Of a stretch of 64,000 bases of DNA, positions 31,201 through 46,200 are shown piece after piece (the first letter of the stretch is position 1; each line of letters begins with the position of its first letter). The DNA is from Phoronis australis (taxonomy: Eukaryota > Animalia > Phoronida). Both the position numbers and the translations under genes were made by a program. Location: positions 206,728 to 270,727 of the forward strand of contig NMRA01000342.1 in NCBI GenBank assembly GCA_002633005.1, in the 5' to 3' direction. Under the pieces are notes generated by a model. That model saw only the letters and a list, made by a program, of their open reading frames with translations, was not told the origin of the DNA and did not search any database.

Positions 31201-34200
31201 ATCGTCCACTTTGTCGCCATCGTTGTTCACGCAGGCCACTTCTCGAGTCCGCTGGCCACGTCCACACTGGGTGGAGCACTGCAAAATATAAGAATGTCAT
31301 GTTACACGAGTCATGTGACGTGAAAAAGAGCAGGTCTCTGGAAATAACTTACTTGAAACTTTGAAATGAAATGACTTGAAAACCTTCTTGTGCAATTTTT
31401 GCACGATTTCAAAATGCAAAGGAACAGTTGAAACCTTTAATTTACTTAAATGTAAATAATTGACAATTATCTATATATAAATAGTTGGTTTTCAGTTTTC
31501 ATTGCAAATGAGCCATAAAAGACATGACGATTAGGACAAAATGAGAAAATAAAATTTCATTTGTCAGCCAAAATGTGTCTTAGACTGGTGTCACTTTAAC
31601 GGATGAAATAATTCCTTAGCTACAGCTCTACACAAACCCTTCATTTAACACAACTCTCTCCATTGATTTTAGAAGATCAAGGCAAACCAATCAAAACATC
31701 AGTGAAGTCTGAGCAGTACTTTTAGAAATCACATGCATGTCAACACTTTATTGGTCAGTATTCAATTTCCAAAAATGTGAATCTAACGTACCAGAATATC
31801 TATCTAAAATACCATCGATGTGTTCCAATCTATACCACTCACCACGGTCCAATCGCTGACCTTCCAGGAGTTACACTCAGTCAGCTGACAAGAGTGAGAG
31901 ATGCTAGGACGTGCCTTGTCCTTACACAAGTCAGCCGACACACTCAGTATGACCGTGGGTGACACTCTCCGCTTGCATTCGACGGTGCGCGTCTGCACGC
32001 CCTTACCACACGTTTCAGAACACTTGGACCATTCTGACATCTCCCAACTGAAAGAAACGCCAAGACTGAGAGAGTACAGACAACATTTGAAAAAGGAGGG
32101 GATCTGGAAATGATGTGAAAAGAATATTTTAAAGATGTTTTGTTTGTCTTCAGTGGTGTACAGATTTTGCATCTCCACACTTAAAGATGTATTTGCATGT
32201 TCCTAATTAATATGCTAATGCATAGCAAGAACTAAACGACAATGCTGTTTAACATAATTTATGCTAAACAAAGTGCAGTTGTATTCAATGACAATAAACT
32301 GTGAAAAAAAATCTGCAAACTGGTTACCTTTGCACTAATGACATACATCGCAGGCTCAAATAACAGGGTTATTCTTCAACACGTAATGATACTTACTGGA
32401 TATGGTTCAGTGATTTGCAGCAGATCATTTTCACCACAAAACTTGTTTTTAAAAACATTTTCAAGCTTTTTCATATCTTCAACACCACTATATGTTGTGT
32501 TTCTAACTAATTTGGCCAAGCAATCAAAGAAATAAATAATTAGCCTGCAATTTCCACTTTAAAACAAACATAACGGACAGCCCACTAGCATAAAACTACA
32601 TAAATTAAGCTGAATAAGTTTGGTTGTTGCCTGTTGGTTTCTGATTGAATCATGAAACAGCAGCCTCTACACTGCCACCTATTGAGAAGGCGGCTGTGTT
32701 GTATTTTCAACGTTGTTTCGTTACCAAGGCCATTATTGCCACTTTCACTAGGCGTTATCTAGTGAAGTTGATAACATTATAAAAACTTGAAAACATCTCT
32801 ACAACTAACATCACTGTTCATCAAGCTTCAACCCATAAAGAAGTACGACAAGGAAGATCTTGTGTTTGAAAAGCTTAGAATCTAGTCTTCAGGGCTTGGA
32901 ATGACCAATGACAAAAAACGCGGAAACTTTGAAACTTTTACGGCCCAAACCATGCCCCTGATAACCAGCCTTGAAATGGTCAATGTGAACCTTTCCCCGA
33001 CAAGATAAAAAAAAAACAAAAAAAAAACGTTACCACCATCAGTAGCATGCGTCTGCGTCCTTTTAGCTCGCCCGTCCACTCCCAACCCACACATTTTTGG
33101 CTGCAGAGCGGTAGTATTTGTCGCCGCGCTTAACAATAACACGAGACGCCATTGAAAATCCCACCACGCTGATGCCCCGGCAATGTTGACAATTTACGTT
33201 CCTCCGAAACATAAAGAGCAACTTCCGCTTTTCGAGGTGAACGTCGTCTGCAACGCCGCGGTAACAAAGGAGTTTGCCGCGGAAATTTTATATCAAATCC
33301 GATTTTTTTNTATCCTTAATTTACTTAAATGTAAATAATGGACAATTATCTACATATAATTAGTTGATTTTCAGTTTTCATTGTAAATGAGCCATAAAAG
33401 ACATGACGATTAGGACAAAATGAGAAAATAAAATTTCATTTGTCAGCCAAAATGTGTCTTAGACTGGTGTCACTTTAACGGATGAAATAATTCTTTAGCT
33501 ACAGCTCTACACAAACCGTTCATTTAACACAACTCTCTCCATTGATTTTAGAAGATCAAGGCAAACCAATCGAAACATCAGTGAAGTCTGAGCAGTACTT
33601 TTAGAAATCACATGCACGTCAACACTTAATTGGTCAGTAGCAAATTCCCAAAATGGGAATCTAATGTACCAGAATATCTATCTAAAATACCATCGATGTG
33701 TTCCAATCTAATATACCACTCACCACGGTCCAATCGCTGACCTTCCAGGAGTTACACTCAGTCAGCTGACAAGAGTGAGAGATGCTAGGACGTGCCTTGT
33801 CTTTACACAAGTCAGCCGATACACTCAGTATGACCGTGGGTGACACTCTCCGCTTGCATTCGACGGTGCGCGTCTGCACGCCCTTACCACACGTTTCAGA
33901 ACACTTGGACCATTCTGACATCTCCCAACTGAAAGAAACGCCAAGACTGAGAGAGTACAGACAACATTTGAAAAAGGAGGGGAGCTGGAAATGATGTGAA
34001 AAGAATATTTTAAAGATGTTTTGTTTGTCTTCAGTGGTGTACAGATTTTGCATCTCCACACTTAAAGATGTATTTGCATGTTCCTAATTAATATGCTAAT
34101 GCATAGCAAGAACTAATCGACAATGCTGTTTAACATAATTTATGCTAAACAAAGTGCAGTTGTATTCAATGACAATAAACGGTGAAAAAAAAGTCTGCAA

Positions 34201-37200
34201 ACTGGTTACCTTTGCACTAATGACATACATCGCAGGCTCAAATAACAGGGTTATTCTTCAACACGTAATGATACTTACTGGATATGGTTCAGTGATTTGC
34301 AGCAGATCATTTTCACCACAAAACTTGTTTTTAAAAACATTTGGCAATTTTCAAGCTTTTTCATATCTTCAACATCACTATATGTTGTGTTTCTAACTAA
34401 TTTGGCCAAGCAATCAAAGAAATAAATAATTAGCCTGCAATTTCCACTTTAAATCAAACATAACGGGCAGCCCACTAGCATAAAACTACATAAGTTAAGC
34501 TGAATAAGTTTGGTTGTTGCTTGTTAGTTTCTGATTGAATCATGAAACAGCAGCCTCTACACTGCCACCTATTGAGAAGGCGGCTGTGTTGTATTTTTAA
34601 TGTTGTTTCGTTACCAAGGCCATTATTGCCACTTTCACTAGGCGTTATCTAGTGAAGTTGATAACATTATAAAAACCTGAAAACATCTCTACAACTAACA
34701 TCACTGTTCATCAAGCTTCAACCCATAAAGAAGTACGACAGGGAAGATCTTGTGTTTGAAAAGCTTAGAATCTAGTCTTAGAAGTGTTTTAAAGAGCTAA
34801 ATAGCTAAATGAAAGCAGAAATAATTTGGAGACAACGGCACAAAATAATGTCATCAAAACAGATCCAATGGCAACTGAATCCCACTGAAAACAGCCCCAC
34901 CTGGATATGGAGGGAATCCTTAAACAACACAGTTCACAAAAACCAGGGCTGTAGTGGGGTGTAGGCGCACGTAGGCGCAGCCAACCACCTTTTGGCATTT
35001 GAACGTAGCGCCTACGCACCGTAAGTTACATTCAGTGCTCAATGTAATACAGTAGGCTTTGGGCGCCTACTTACATGCACCTCTTATTTTACCACTACAG
35101 CACTGACAAAAACCCAAATAAATGTTATCATTTTGCAGATGAAATTGTTGAAAGTCAGAACATGAAATTCAGTTCCTTGTTTTTCGTCTTTTGGTTGCTT
35201 TCTCCTACTAAGTGCCCACGAATGAAACACTGGAATTTTCATGAATATTCACAATGTGAAATGCCTGTACTGGGTATAGTTCCGTAGACTACATATCTTT
35301 CAAGAAAAGCGAGATCACGCAAGACCCTGCAAAACCACGCAAGTGAAAGGCGAGTGCTTTTGTGAGTATGCTCGGGAGATTACAAGCGTAACCTAGCAAA
35401 ATGTTGGAGACTGAAGTGATTGGTCGGTGAGGAAGAAATGTTGAATTCTGGGATTGAATTCATGGATCATCCGACACAATTTACTGTCTCCGTTCCATAA
35501 GAGGAGCTTTGTGCCGCAAGTGCAAGCTTATGTCTCATGTCTACAGAACTCAACCAGATCCTCACGTTTCCGTGGAGATATTGAAGTACCGTGACACATG
35601 TTGAGCAGACCCGGGAGGAGTAGTTTGAACTAATCATGAACGCAAAAACATTGCTGGTAATGAGTACACAACACACAGTTTTTGAGATTTTGCTGTAAAC
35701 TGTAACTTACTCTGGCTGACAGGGGTCATTGTTGCATGATAACTGCTGACGCTTTGGCTTCACATTGCTATCACAGTTCTCATCTGTCACTTGGACCAGC
35801 GTCTGCGAACTGACGCAGATAACCTTAGTCCACTGTTGACCTGAACGAACAACAAGAACTTTGGATGCTGTGTTTAGACATTTAATTAGAGCAGTTAGAA
35901 ATGACATACCAAAGGAGGAATAGCATTTACACGACCCTTTCGCAGACTATAGCAAGACAAAATCACAGATCAAACAATGTTGAGCACATATGCCATCACT
36001 TCAGGATTGACACCACTTTGTGCTGAGGATGGCAGTGAACACAGAACAAGACGATTGGGTGCAGCTCACTCCCTCTAAAGTGAAATACACGTAAACACAC
36101 TGGCGACATTTGAGATGTGACCGTTGATAGAATACTGGCTGTATACCAAACTTTGGGTGCATGACACATTCATGACCTGAAGTATAACTGGAATTTATAA
36201 ATGTCCAAGGTTCCCTTAGAAGCTTAATGATATGTGCTTGCTCAGAACTAACAGTACCTCAGGAAGATGGCGCTCATGCATGAGACAAGCGTAATACACA
36301 CCTCCACCACACTTGCGATCACATTCTGTGAAGCCGGAGATTTTCCATGAGAAGTCAACAGCTGACGGTTGCTGATAGCGACGACCGCCAGACTGTGAGA
36401 GGGTCCGTCCATCATTCACACGGCGACCGGATGACAATCCCCGAGTGTCACCTGTCAATCAAGACAAAATGGTGCACTTCTAAGCATTGTAACACAAAAG
36501 TAATGCTGACTCAGCAAAGAAGCTCCATTTTACCGAATGTGAGGATTAAATTGCAAACCCATTCTGTTCATGATGGAGAGCTGTTTCACATTGAATACTG
36601 CTAGGCATTCATAGTTTTAGAGTAAAATTTTATCACAGATTTTATGGCATCAGTAATGAGAATATGTAATTATTCTGTTTCCATTTACGGGTCAGATGTT
36701 AAAGGAGTCAGACATTCTTTGTCAGAAAAGGAATTTTACGGAAATTGGCAATAGCTCGAGATCAAACCCGCTGGCACAGCACACAATAGCAGCCAAACAG
36801 TCTACCACTAAGCCGAACTCCACCCATTAAATAGCAGAGTATTAGTATATTTAAATGGTAAAGACAACGGCCTTGATTTCAGTGAATGTCTGGCAGAGAA
36901 TGGCTAGAATTGGTGATTTGTAATAAAAACACACACAATGGATTTTGTTACTATATAGCTCTAGTCAAAGCTTAATAACTTCAAGGAGACCATAGGAGGC
37001 CGTAAAACTGATGACATCCCTTTAAGATATTGGCTTAAACAAATTTACTTACCAACTCGTCTTGCTGACTGACCATATGCAGGCCTGAGTGATCCTTGGT
37101 TATACGTGGGCCGACGCTGGCCATTTGTGTTGTATCTATGGTAACCATTTGACTGACGGTTGTAACCGTACCTCTGTGAGTTGTAGCCACGAGGTATGTA

Positions 37201-40200
37201 GCTGCCAGTGCCTGGTTTATAGTTTGGTCGGTAGCTACCTGCACTACCAGCAGTCAATGCTTGGCGGTCGGAGATGTACTGTGGTCCACGACCTCTATTG
37301 GTCAACGGTTGTACCGCTGATGCTGATGTGCCAGTCTGCAACGCGGCACGCTGAGATCCAGCTGGTCTAAAAATGTGATCACAAAAATGAATGGACAAAT
37401 CCTTGTACTATCTACTAAACGGTGGTCACAAACCACCTAATTTTATACTTCATCCTAAATTTGTGTTTCATTTTCCGTGTTTTTCAAGTGGTGCGCACAG
37501 AAGACCCGACACTTGGTTTACACCAAAACAACACACTATGCATCACTAAAAGTTGCTTTTCCGCAAAATGGTGTTTCAAAAACGATGACAAAGCGGGCGA
37601 AAATTCGGCAGAGACAATGCACCTGACAGAAGGAATATTAAACGTTTGGTGAGCAAATTTCAAGAGACCAGAAGTGTAGCAAATACAAATAACAGTCACA
37701 ACCAGAACCTCGAACAACATTCAGACTTCAGGAATCACTGAGAAAATCTGACATTTTATAGAGCCCTCACACAAGATAAAGCCAGGCATACATAAGTGAA
37801 AAGCAACTAATTGCACTTAAGTGGTGCTCAAGAGTATTTCTTGAGCTAAAGTTGGATTAATCTTTCCAATTTCATTAAAAATTGGGGATTGTTGGGTAAG
37901 GCGAACATTTTCACTGCTTGTGAAGTCTACAACATTGAGTCTGTTCTGACAGAAGGAATGCAAGTTGTCGACTCAATGACCCATTTTACTGTCATGGCAA
38001 GTGGCAAGTTTAAATTGAGCATGAAAACCTGATTCCCTTCAGAAATGTTGGATCTGCAAAAAATGATTGGTTGGCATCTACTTTTCACCTGAAATTTATA
38101 ATCTGGACGGTTTTGACAGAATGAATGTTGTCTCTTAGTTCATAGTAATTGCATGTGAATAATGGTTTTGGGGTAGAAATTGGGGATTTGGTGTAGTTTT
38201 GCTCTTTTTGAACCATATCTGACTGTACTTGTAGGTTTTAAAGCTGGAAAATGCACTTTAGAAGAAAGTCTATTGGTCATTGTGCAAGGTTTTTGACGTC
38301 TTTGGCCCGATATACTCTTCATATTTTCTGGTCTTGTACACTGTGGACCTGGGCTGTGAAGTCCAAAACAAAGAAAACCTGTCGAGTTCCACTTAAGGAT
38401 GCTTACTGACCTGCAGTAGTTATCTAAACCTCAGTTACCCCATTTCTGACTTTCTTGCCCAGTAACGATTGCCAAAGATATCATTGCTCTACATCTCAAA
38501 GACTGATTACCTCGCAACTAACAATGGACACTTACCAAATATTCTTTTGAGCCAAACCAAGCCGAGACGAGCGTAAAACTTTCTTAAGGTTATCTCCAAC
38601 CTTATTCACAAAAATGGCCATTTTTACAATATTTCACATGTGTCTAGTAAAATACCTTATCTTCATTCTCCTGGAACTTCAAATACATAATATATACTGC
38701 TTAGCGAGGAAAAAAAGATTTAACAGAACCACCTCGTCACCGCACAACCGCGTGGATATTTGTTTACTACTTATCCGAGTTCACAGGATAAAGGGCTCTC
38801 AATCAAATCCAATCTCCCGCCAGGTACAGAAAGCTTCGTATACCCTCAGTCCTTTCATTCACAAAATCGCCATAACATTGAGTAAACAAGATGTTCTTAT
38901 GGTAGAATGGTGCCGGGGAAAACAAAGAGATAACGTAGTTTTGATCGTAAGGGAGTTGTGCGTCTACATAGCACACGACCGTTGGCATTGAGAACGAATG
39001 CTAATGTCGCCTCAGGCCTCTGTGGTCATGAACACAGCAAAAGAAAAGAGATAAATCCTCACCCTAATTCCTTCATTCAATTAATAAATTAACATTTCAA
39101 AGTTTCGGTCTCATGTTAATGACATGCTTTAACCACTGATTCGATTTTTGTTATCCATTTCTTACTTGCTTTCGCATCAGTCTCCCAGCACGTGACGTGT
39201 ACAGGCTATGTGTATAACAATGAACTATGACCTATTTACATATAAATGAAGGTTAAATGGTCGCAAACAACAGTAGTTAGCTGGGAAGGGTACACTTTTA
39301 ATGATAATTAAGTTAATTACGCACTGCAAAATCAGTTGACATTGCGAGTGAATGTTGAAATAGGGAACATATTTAAGGCTTGTATCGAAAACAAGCTTTT
39401 ACCGAATAATTAAGTGAAGACTTTGAGATTTTCATTTGTCCCAGTTTAATTGGCTTTTTATCAGCTTCGGCAAATCGACTTCATTTGAACTTAGGAACAC
39501 GAGTTCTCAAAAGCGCCTCGGTAGAATTTGGTGAAACTTTCCAAATTTAATAGTCATCAGTCTCAAAAACGCTGTTAGGATTTTCGATATAAAGGCCTAT
39601 TTTTTGCGTAATGTAACAAAGACGAATACGACTTCTGTTTTTTACAAAGATACCTTACGTTTTGCCAGTTGGTTTGCAATAGAAAACACACGAAAAGACT
39701 AATCTAAAATTCCTAATAGCGTTATTGAGGTAGCTGGTGAAGTTTTCATTTGAAAAGATTTTCATCAAAATCGACGGAGGGGTTATTTTGTTATGAATGT
39801 ACCTTTCTTAAAAATAAAATTTTGACTTAAAAAAAAGGTTTTTACCTAAAAATAATACTGATACATTAATACCAAAAGTATTTTCACATTCCCTATTTTT
39901 TTCTTTCAGAAAATATGTACTTCTACTTGTTGACAAAGCTTAGTTTTTTTGATATACTAGTTAGAATAGAGGTCACTAAATAAGGTTGGAGATAACCTTA
40001 GCCTTCATGAACTTTTATTGAAAAAACAAAGCTTCAGCTACCCATCACCTTGTGCACCAGTTCTCATACAAGGCACAGCCAACACAAAAACATTACTAAG
40101 ATGTTGGCAGCAAAAGTGTGAGAAAAATACACCTTGATTATTATCTCCCAATATACGAAATGAAGAAATTAGTCACCTTTTGCCGGGCACATAGCTGGGC

Positions 40201-43200
40201 AGGTCTTTGTTTCCCACCTGTGGCTGGATGGGTATGGTGTATTCGTAGTAGACACCCTTGTATGGCTCCCTGTATAAAATCTGGAAACAGGAACAGTGTC
40301 TTAAATAATGATTCTGAACACAGCTCATTATGCGCCGTGACAGGCTTCTAGCTGAAGCCCGAGTGTTTAAGTCAAAGCTTCACTGACACAATATCTTCCT
40401 AAAACCAACATGTGTAAAATTCCTCCGTCTATTTACAACAACCTCTGCCTATGACACAATAAAATGTAAATAGGCTAGAGATTAGAGTGAATAGATTTAT
40501 TAAGAAATGATATTCAATGACATAACAGCAAACTAGCCAGCAGTAATTCCCAGGCTTCTGTTGAAAACTTGTCTTTTATTAAAAGCATCTTGAAATTTCT
40601 TTTTCTGATCACTTAATATACTCTTATTGTCACTTTGAAGAAGATAAAAAATCACGTAACAAAGTACTGATTCGAGCGATTGATCGACAGTCATTTTCCA
40701 AGTTCGACTGTGAGCATCAAATTAGATCATGTCCGTCAAAAAAGACTTGGCAAAAATTAACAGGGACGAGATCTTCCTGTTTAGAAAACTAAAAATAAAC
40801 TATTAGCCCAAGAGCAGGAATAGTCTAGAGTTTTTACGACAAGCGCTCTAGCGCGGTTTAAATAAATCGACATCAAATGACCAAAATGACAAAATGAACA
40901 TTTACCGCCCACCTGCGTGGCTTAGATACCTACAAACATGTCCAGGCTTTCCGTCACAGGTCCCTTGGCTATTATACTCTCTCCGCTGGTTATTGGGCGA
41001 GAATACTTGAATGTAGTTCCTGAGCTGTAATAATTTCCCGGCCGAGTGATCGCCCTTTTACCGCTGATAATGGACTCGCCGCTACTTGTTTTCAGAGCTG
41101 TAAAAGTTACAATAACAACGACAGTAACACAGGTACAGCAATTTCACATACCAAAAAATGTTGATTTTGAAAAAAACAGATGATGTGTCAAATATACCAA
41201 TCACATACCATGCACAAGTAGATTACAACAAAACATTAAAAATTACTACATGCCAGTAAATGGAGACGTATTGGTGCTGATATTGATATTTGATAAGGTT
41301 TGCCTTTTCAATATCCCAGATCTCAGCAGTGGAAATCTATTAGCTCATAATAGCAGGAAATGTGATAAAACACTGTTTATAACACTAGGTTGAAACCTCC
41401 CATTCGCATTACATAGGATCAGTAGGTGGCGCTAACACCTGTCCACCAAAGACCTTATTGCCATCTGAGTGGCGGATTAGTGAATTTCAATATGGCTTGG
41501 CTATTGAGAAGAAATCCCAGCTTTTAGTACAGGCATGTAACTATTAAACAAAACACTCCTTCACAACACGAAAGTGGTGAAAGCTTACTCAAATCTTTAT
41601 CGTGAAAGACTGGTGAAAATTTGAACACGGACGCTTCAACTCTCTTTTGAGCGTTGACACTACCACAAAGTCTCATTCAAAATTTGAGCACAAATGCTCG
41701 CTCAAAATTTGAGCACGAGGGTCAACATTTAAGCAATGCACTCTACTTCCGTGCTGTCCCAATTTACCGAGAAAATTTCTGCTGAATCCATTCTCCGTTA
41801 TGTTGATATTACACGCGCCCTTTGGAATCTTGGTCACTGGGTAGTAGCTACCCAGAGGAAGGTTCTGTCGTACAAATATCCCAGACACAACATGGCAAGA
41901 GGTGCCCCCACCTCCGCAGACACCGCACTTGTCCACAGTTTTACCAGATCCAACAATGCCATCACAACCCACTTTCTGTAAAGACGAAAAATGAACGATT
42001 AGTTTGTGATCAAACTAATTAAAGTGTGATCACAGGCTTTGCTTCAAAACTGAACCAAAGATTCATTCATACACATACAAAACTGGCATGCAACAAAATG
42101 TTAATGATACCTGATGGCTTCAAGAATCACTATGACAAAAAACTTCAATTTGGGACAAAATAATTGCTAAAATTGTCACATTTCGATTTTTAAGAGGCTT
42201 ACCAAGTTGTTGCAAAGACTCAAAATTTTACCAAATGGTGTTGGGTAATCGCTACACCATACAAATAATGCTAAAACAAAGTATTTTTTTCCATAAAGTT
42301 ATTTTTGTTGGGGAACTTGAGTTCATAAAATTTTACCTTTCTGCCAGTGTGTCCCAAACCGTAGAATTCTACTATTAGTTGTCCATTATGATACCATACT
42401 TAGAAATCCAATTTTACAGTCTCAAAATGGCATTTGCTGCATGGTGGAAATTGAGTGGTCATCTAGAGAGATGATAAAAGTCATCGCAGTTGGCAAAATA
42501 TCTTAGGTGGAACTTGTAAAAATATCTTAGGTGAAACTTGTAAAAATAGTGGAAGCCTATATAGATGCAGGAAAATTTTTAAATTAGTGAAATCTTCTCG
42601 ACAATTTATTTTTAAAACTGGGTTTATATATTACCTTAGGCAGAATCAACATTTTAAGTTTTTCTGCTTAATCGTTCTCTTTGAGTGTAAGATAAAACAG
42701 TGAGAGAACCAGAGAAGGGGCAATAACCCCACAGGGACAAACCCTAGATGTAATCAACAACTATTTTTGACTAATGAATTTCAAATCTTTCAGCAACTGA
42801 CAAATTGACCACTGAAAACCACAACGTCAATGTCAAGATAGTCACAAGTTCAGACCCAAATAAAACAAGTACTCTTGAAAATTCTCATTTTTTGCCCATT
42901 CCACCTAGGACACACTCAGTCCAGAACATTCCAGACAAAAAAATTGTGAGCAGTTCTCTGATGATTTCATAAACAGTATGTCAACAACTAGACTAGTTAA
43001 TCAGGAGTAATCCATTGCACAAATAAAAGTCACTCAGCGGGAGATAACTCTGAGCCAAGGGAAACAATAAGTCTGACATCACAACTAAACAACACACAAA
43101 AGGCTTGATCTAGTGTTCCTGTGACCTGGTGTTTGCTGGAAATGAACAACTGTGGATTGGCTTTGCATGGGGTATCGTTTACCAAAACAGTGCACTATCG

Positions 43201-46200
43201 TTCAAAATGCTACTTTATACATAAAGTAAAATGTCTCCAATTTTGGACAATCTTGACAGCCAAAATTATCTTTTTTTGATTTTTTCAAGGCCTTCTAACA
43301 TTGCTGAGAAAGCCCACATTTCAAAATCTTGCCCCTTGGGGTAAAAACAGGCGAACTATTTTGAAACGAAGGGATATTTTTATGCAGCATATTTTGGTGA
43401 AAAATAGCCGTTGACCAAAAACGTCTGAAAAACCACAAGGTTTGATGACATCACGTTGATTATATCAGGTGGGGGATAAAGTTCGACAATGGAAAAACCT
43501 AAGGTAGGGTAGATAACTGGTGGCAGATTGCCATATGAAAAGGGGGCTTGTAATCCCTCTCACCTGACGCTCACTTCTCATGCCAAGTTTTGGCACAAGT
43601 CTAACTGTATTTTTGACCCCCTGGAGATATGGTGGTTGACAGGTTATGGATTTATGGTCTTTTGATAGAAGATTATTAAAGATAAGTTGATAAAAGGCCA
43701 CAGTTAGTAAAATGAAGAAGGACTATCAACAAGGCTGAGAATACGTAACAAAACACTGACAATGTACAACAGTCAAGGAAATTAAAGTCATTTATAAAAA
43801 TATTACAAGACAGATAACCAGTTAACAAAAATATTTCAATTGATCTTTAGTCATGGAAAAAGCATTAAGCCAAATTAAAAATAGATATTAATCACAATCC
43901 AAAAAACACCACAGAGTGAGATGAGTGATTTGTCAAGATCCGAGACAAGTAAAAGCGTTAATGCATATTAGTTTCTAGGGAATACCAGACAATGTTTTAT
44001 TGAAATACCACCCGTCAATCAAACACTAAGTATGTCTGAAAACAGCTAAGGACTATCCCAACTTGTCATATCTGAACACTTATCAACAGGGAAAGCACAG
44101 TTTATAGAGCAGTTTTTATCCAACCTTGTCTGTCTTGACTGGACAAGAAGGCAGAAAAACAAAATAACATCTGGCGTCATGAGAGATAGCAGTGGAGTGA
44201 TGATTAAGTCTGGAAGGCCAATTAGTCATGTCTCTTAAAAGTATTTTAATGCATTACCTTGTATTGTATTGTATTATAGTTAACCATATGGTAAAGAGAG
44301 GTATTTTGGTGAATTGTTAACTGCATGGTAAAATATGGTATTATAGTATTATGTAATGTATTGCAGTTAGCTGAATGGTAAAATATGGTATCTTGCAGTA
44401 ATGTGTTGAAGTTAATTGCATGGTAAAATATGGGATGATAGTGTAATGTATTGCAGTTAGCTGCATGGTAAAGTATGGCATTTTGGAGTATTGTTCTGAG
44501 GTTAATTGCATGGTAAAAGTATTGTAATTTGGCGCACTGTTTTACAGTTAACTGTACGGTTAACTATTTTGGTATACTTTTACTTGATGTCATTGGACCA
44601 ATTGTTAAATGTATTATAATTTGACGCATTGCATTGCTTTCCATCATTACTTGATGTGATATTAATCAACCTAATATGATGTTTATATTGTTTTTAACTG
44701 TAACTGATTCATTATACTGTAATAAAGTAATGTACTTGGACATGTTGTATTGTATTGCTCATATTTTGATTTGTGGCATGAAGGGAGTTTCACATCATTC
44801 ACAACTAATCAGACAGCACTCAAAGAATCTCAAATGAGCAGAAAATGCTCATCTTGACATTTCCATATCAATCCATCATCGCTGAATAAGTCATCAAGGT
44901 TGGATCAACAGAGGTCCTCATTGTCTATCCAGGTTTTACCAACACATTGTACTAATCAGTTGAGACATCAAAGCACTGCCCAAGAGAGAGCTTGATTATT
45001 CAGTCAAATTGTTTATTTTATCAACACCCCCATCAATTTGGCATACACCATGAACCTAGTTATTCTTCTATTAATTCATACACTTTATCCCTGGGGTTTC
45101 TTTAATTCCAGTCTGCTTATCCTGAATGCAATTTTCACTTTCATAGTTAATACAACCTAGAAAATTTGCTTAATGTTTCCCTCTAAGCACATCTCTGGCC
45201 TTACAATAATTAAAGCACACTTGTGTACAAATTAATAGAAAAATTACTGTACCCTAGTCTCAGAAGCAGGTAATGAATTTTGCAAAATTGATACAAGCTT
45301 ACCATGTATAGCCAGAGGCGCAAAAACAATTTGGAGGTTTCAACAAAACCTTTTCCTCAGGTATTCTTAGTAATCCAACAGGTTGTAACTGATCACATGA
45401 TCAAAATCACCCAATGAGGCCTTTCCATTAGGGAGACCGTCCACCTTATCCAAACTTTAACCCCCTTAACCATTCCCACTAACTCTTCAAGATGTCGCCA
45501 GTTGATTGGATAAAAATTCCTGATAGGTGTTGATTCGCATTCTTGTTTGAATACATTTGATGAATACCACGAGCTCTAATAACCCAGGTGGAGACATCAA
45601 TTGCAGCAGAAGAGTTAAGAATCTTTGAAAGTTAAGGATTCCATGTTCAGTCATGTTAAAGTAGGCAGAGCTTCCCTGTGTACTAACTAGCGATTGTTTT
45701 CTACACTTGGTGGAGAGTACGTTAAGTAAAACATTGTCAATTCAATCAATGTTTCAGGTATGCACAAATGTTTACTTAGAGCAATGAAACAGATAGAGGT
45801 TGTGCTAATTGCTTGTTGATGTGAGAGCCACAGGTTGCACCATTAACAAAGTTTTGCTTGCCTATCCCGCTACATGTCAGGCATCTGATTATCTTCCGAT
45901 ACCTGTCGCCTTCAACGAGACATGCACATGTTATGGTCACGAGGACATGAGAAATATCGTGTGACTACATCAAAACCAATCAAAATCAATTAATTACTAT
46001 AATCTACAACCTTCTGACAGGCGTTCTCATTACCTCCACATTTGTTAAGATAAGCAGAGACTCTGAACACATAATTTTTAGACAATCCACACAATGTCAA
46101 CACAAGCAGGGGATATCCTGTCTTTGTGATTGACATCTGGCGTAAAAAATCAAATTAACAGTGCTGTCAAACATTAAAAAAGCCGAAAACACTAATAGCA

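Larger units (their letters stand above)
31437..34779. repeat. About 1.45-kb near-identical direct duplication (31437-32889 / 33316-34779) across an N; probable uncollapsed haplotypes
   Basis: n at 33310. The copies differ by SNPs and small indels, and each carries the same TSP1 exon. Confidence 0.85.

Noticed and set aside
31804-34059. Two 124-125 aa ORFs as separate paralogous genes
   Set aside because: Each is one internal TSP1 exon plus intron read-through, duplicated across an assembly N.
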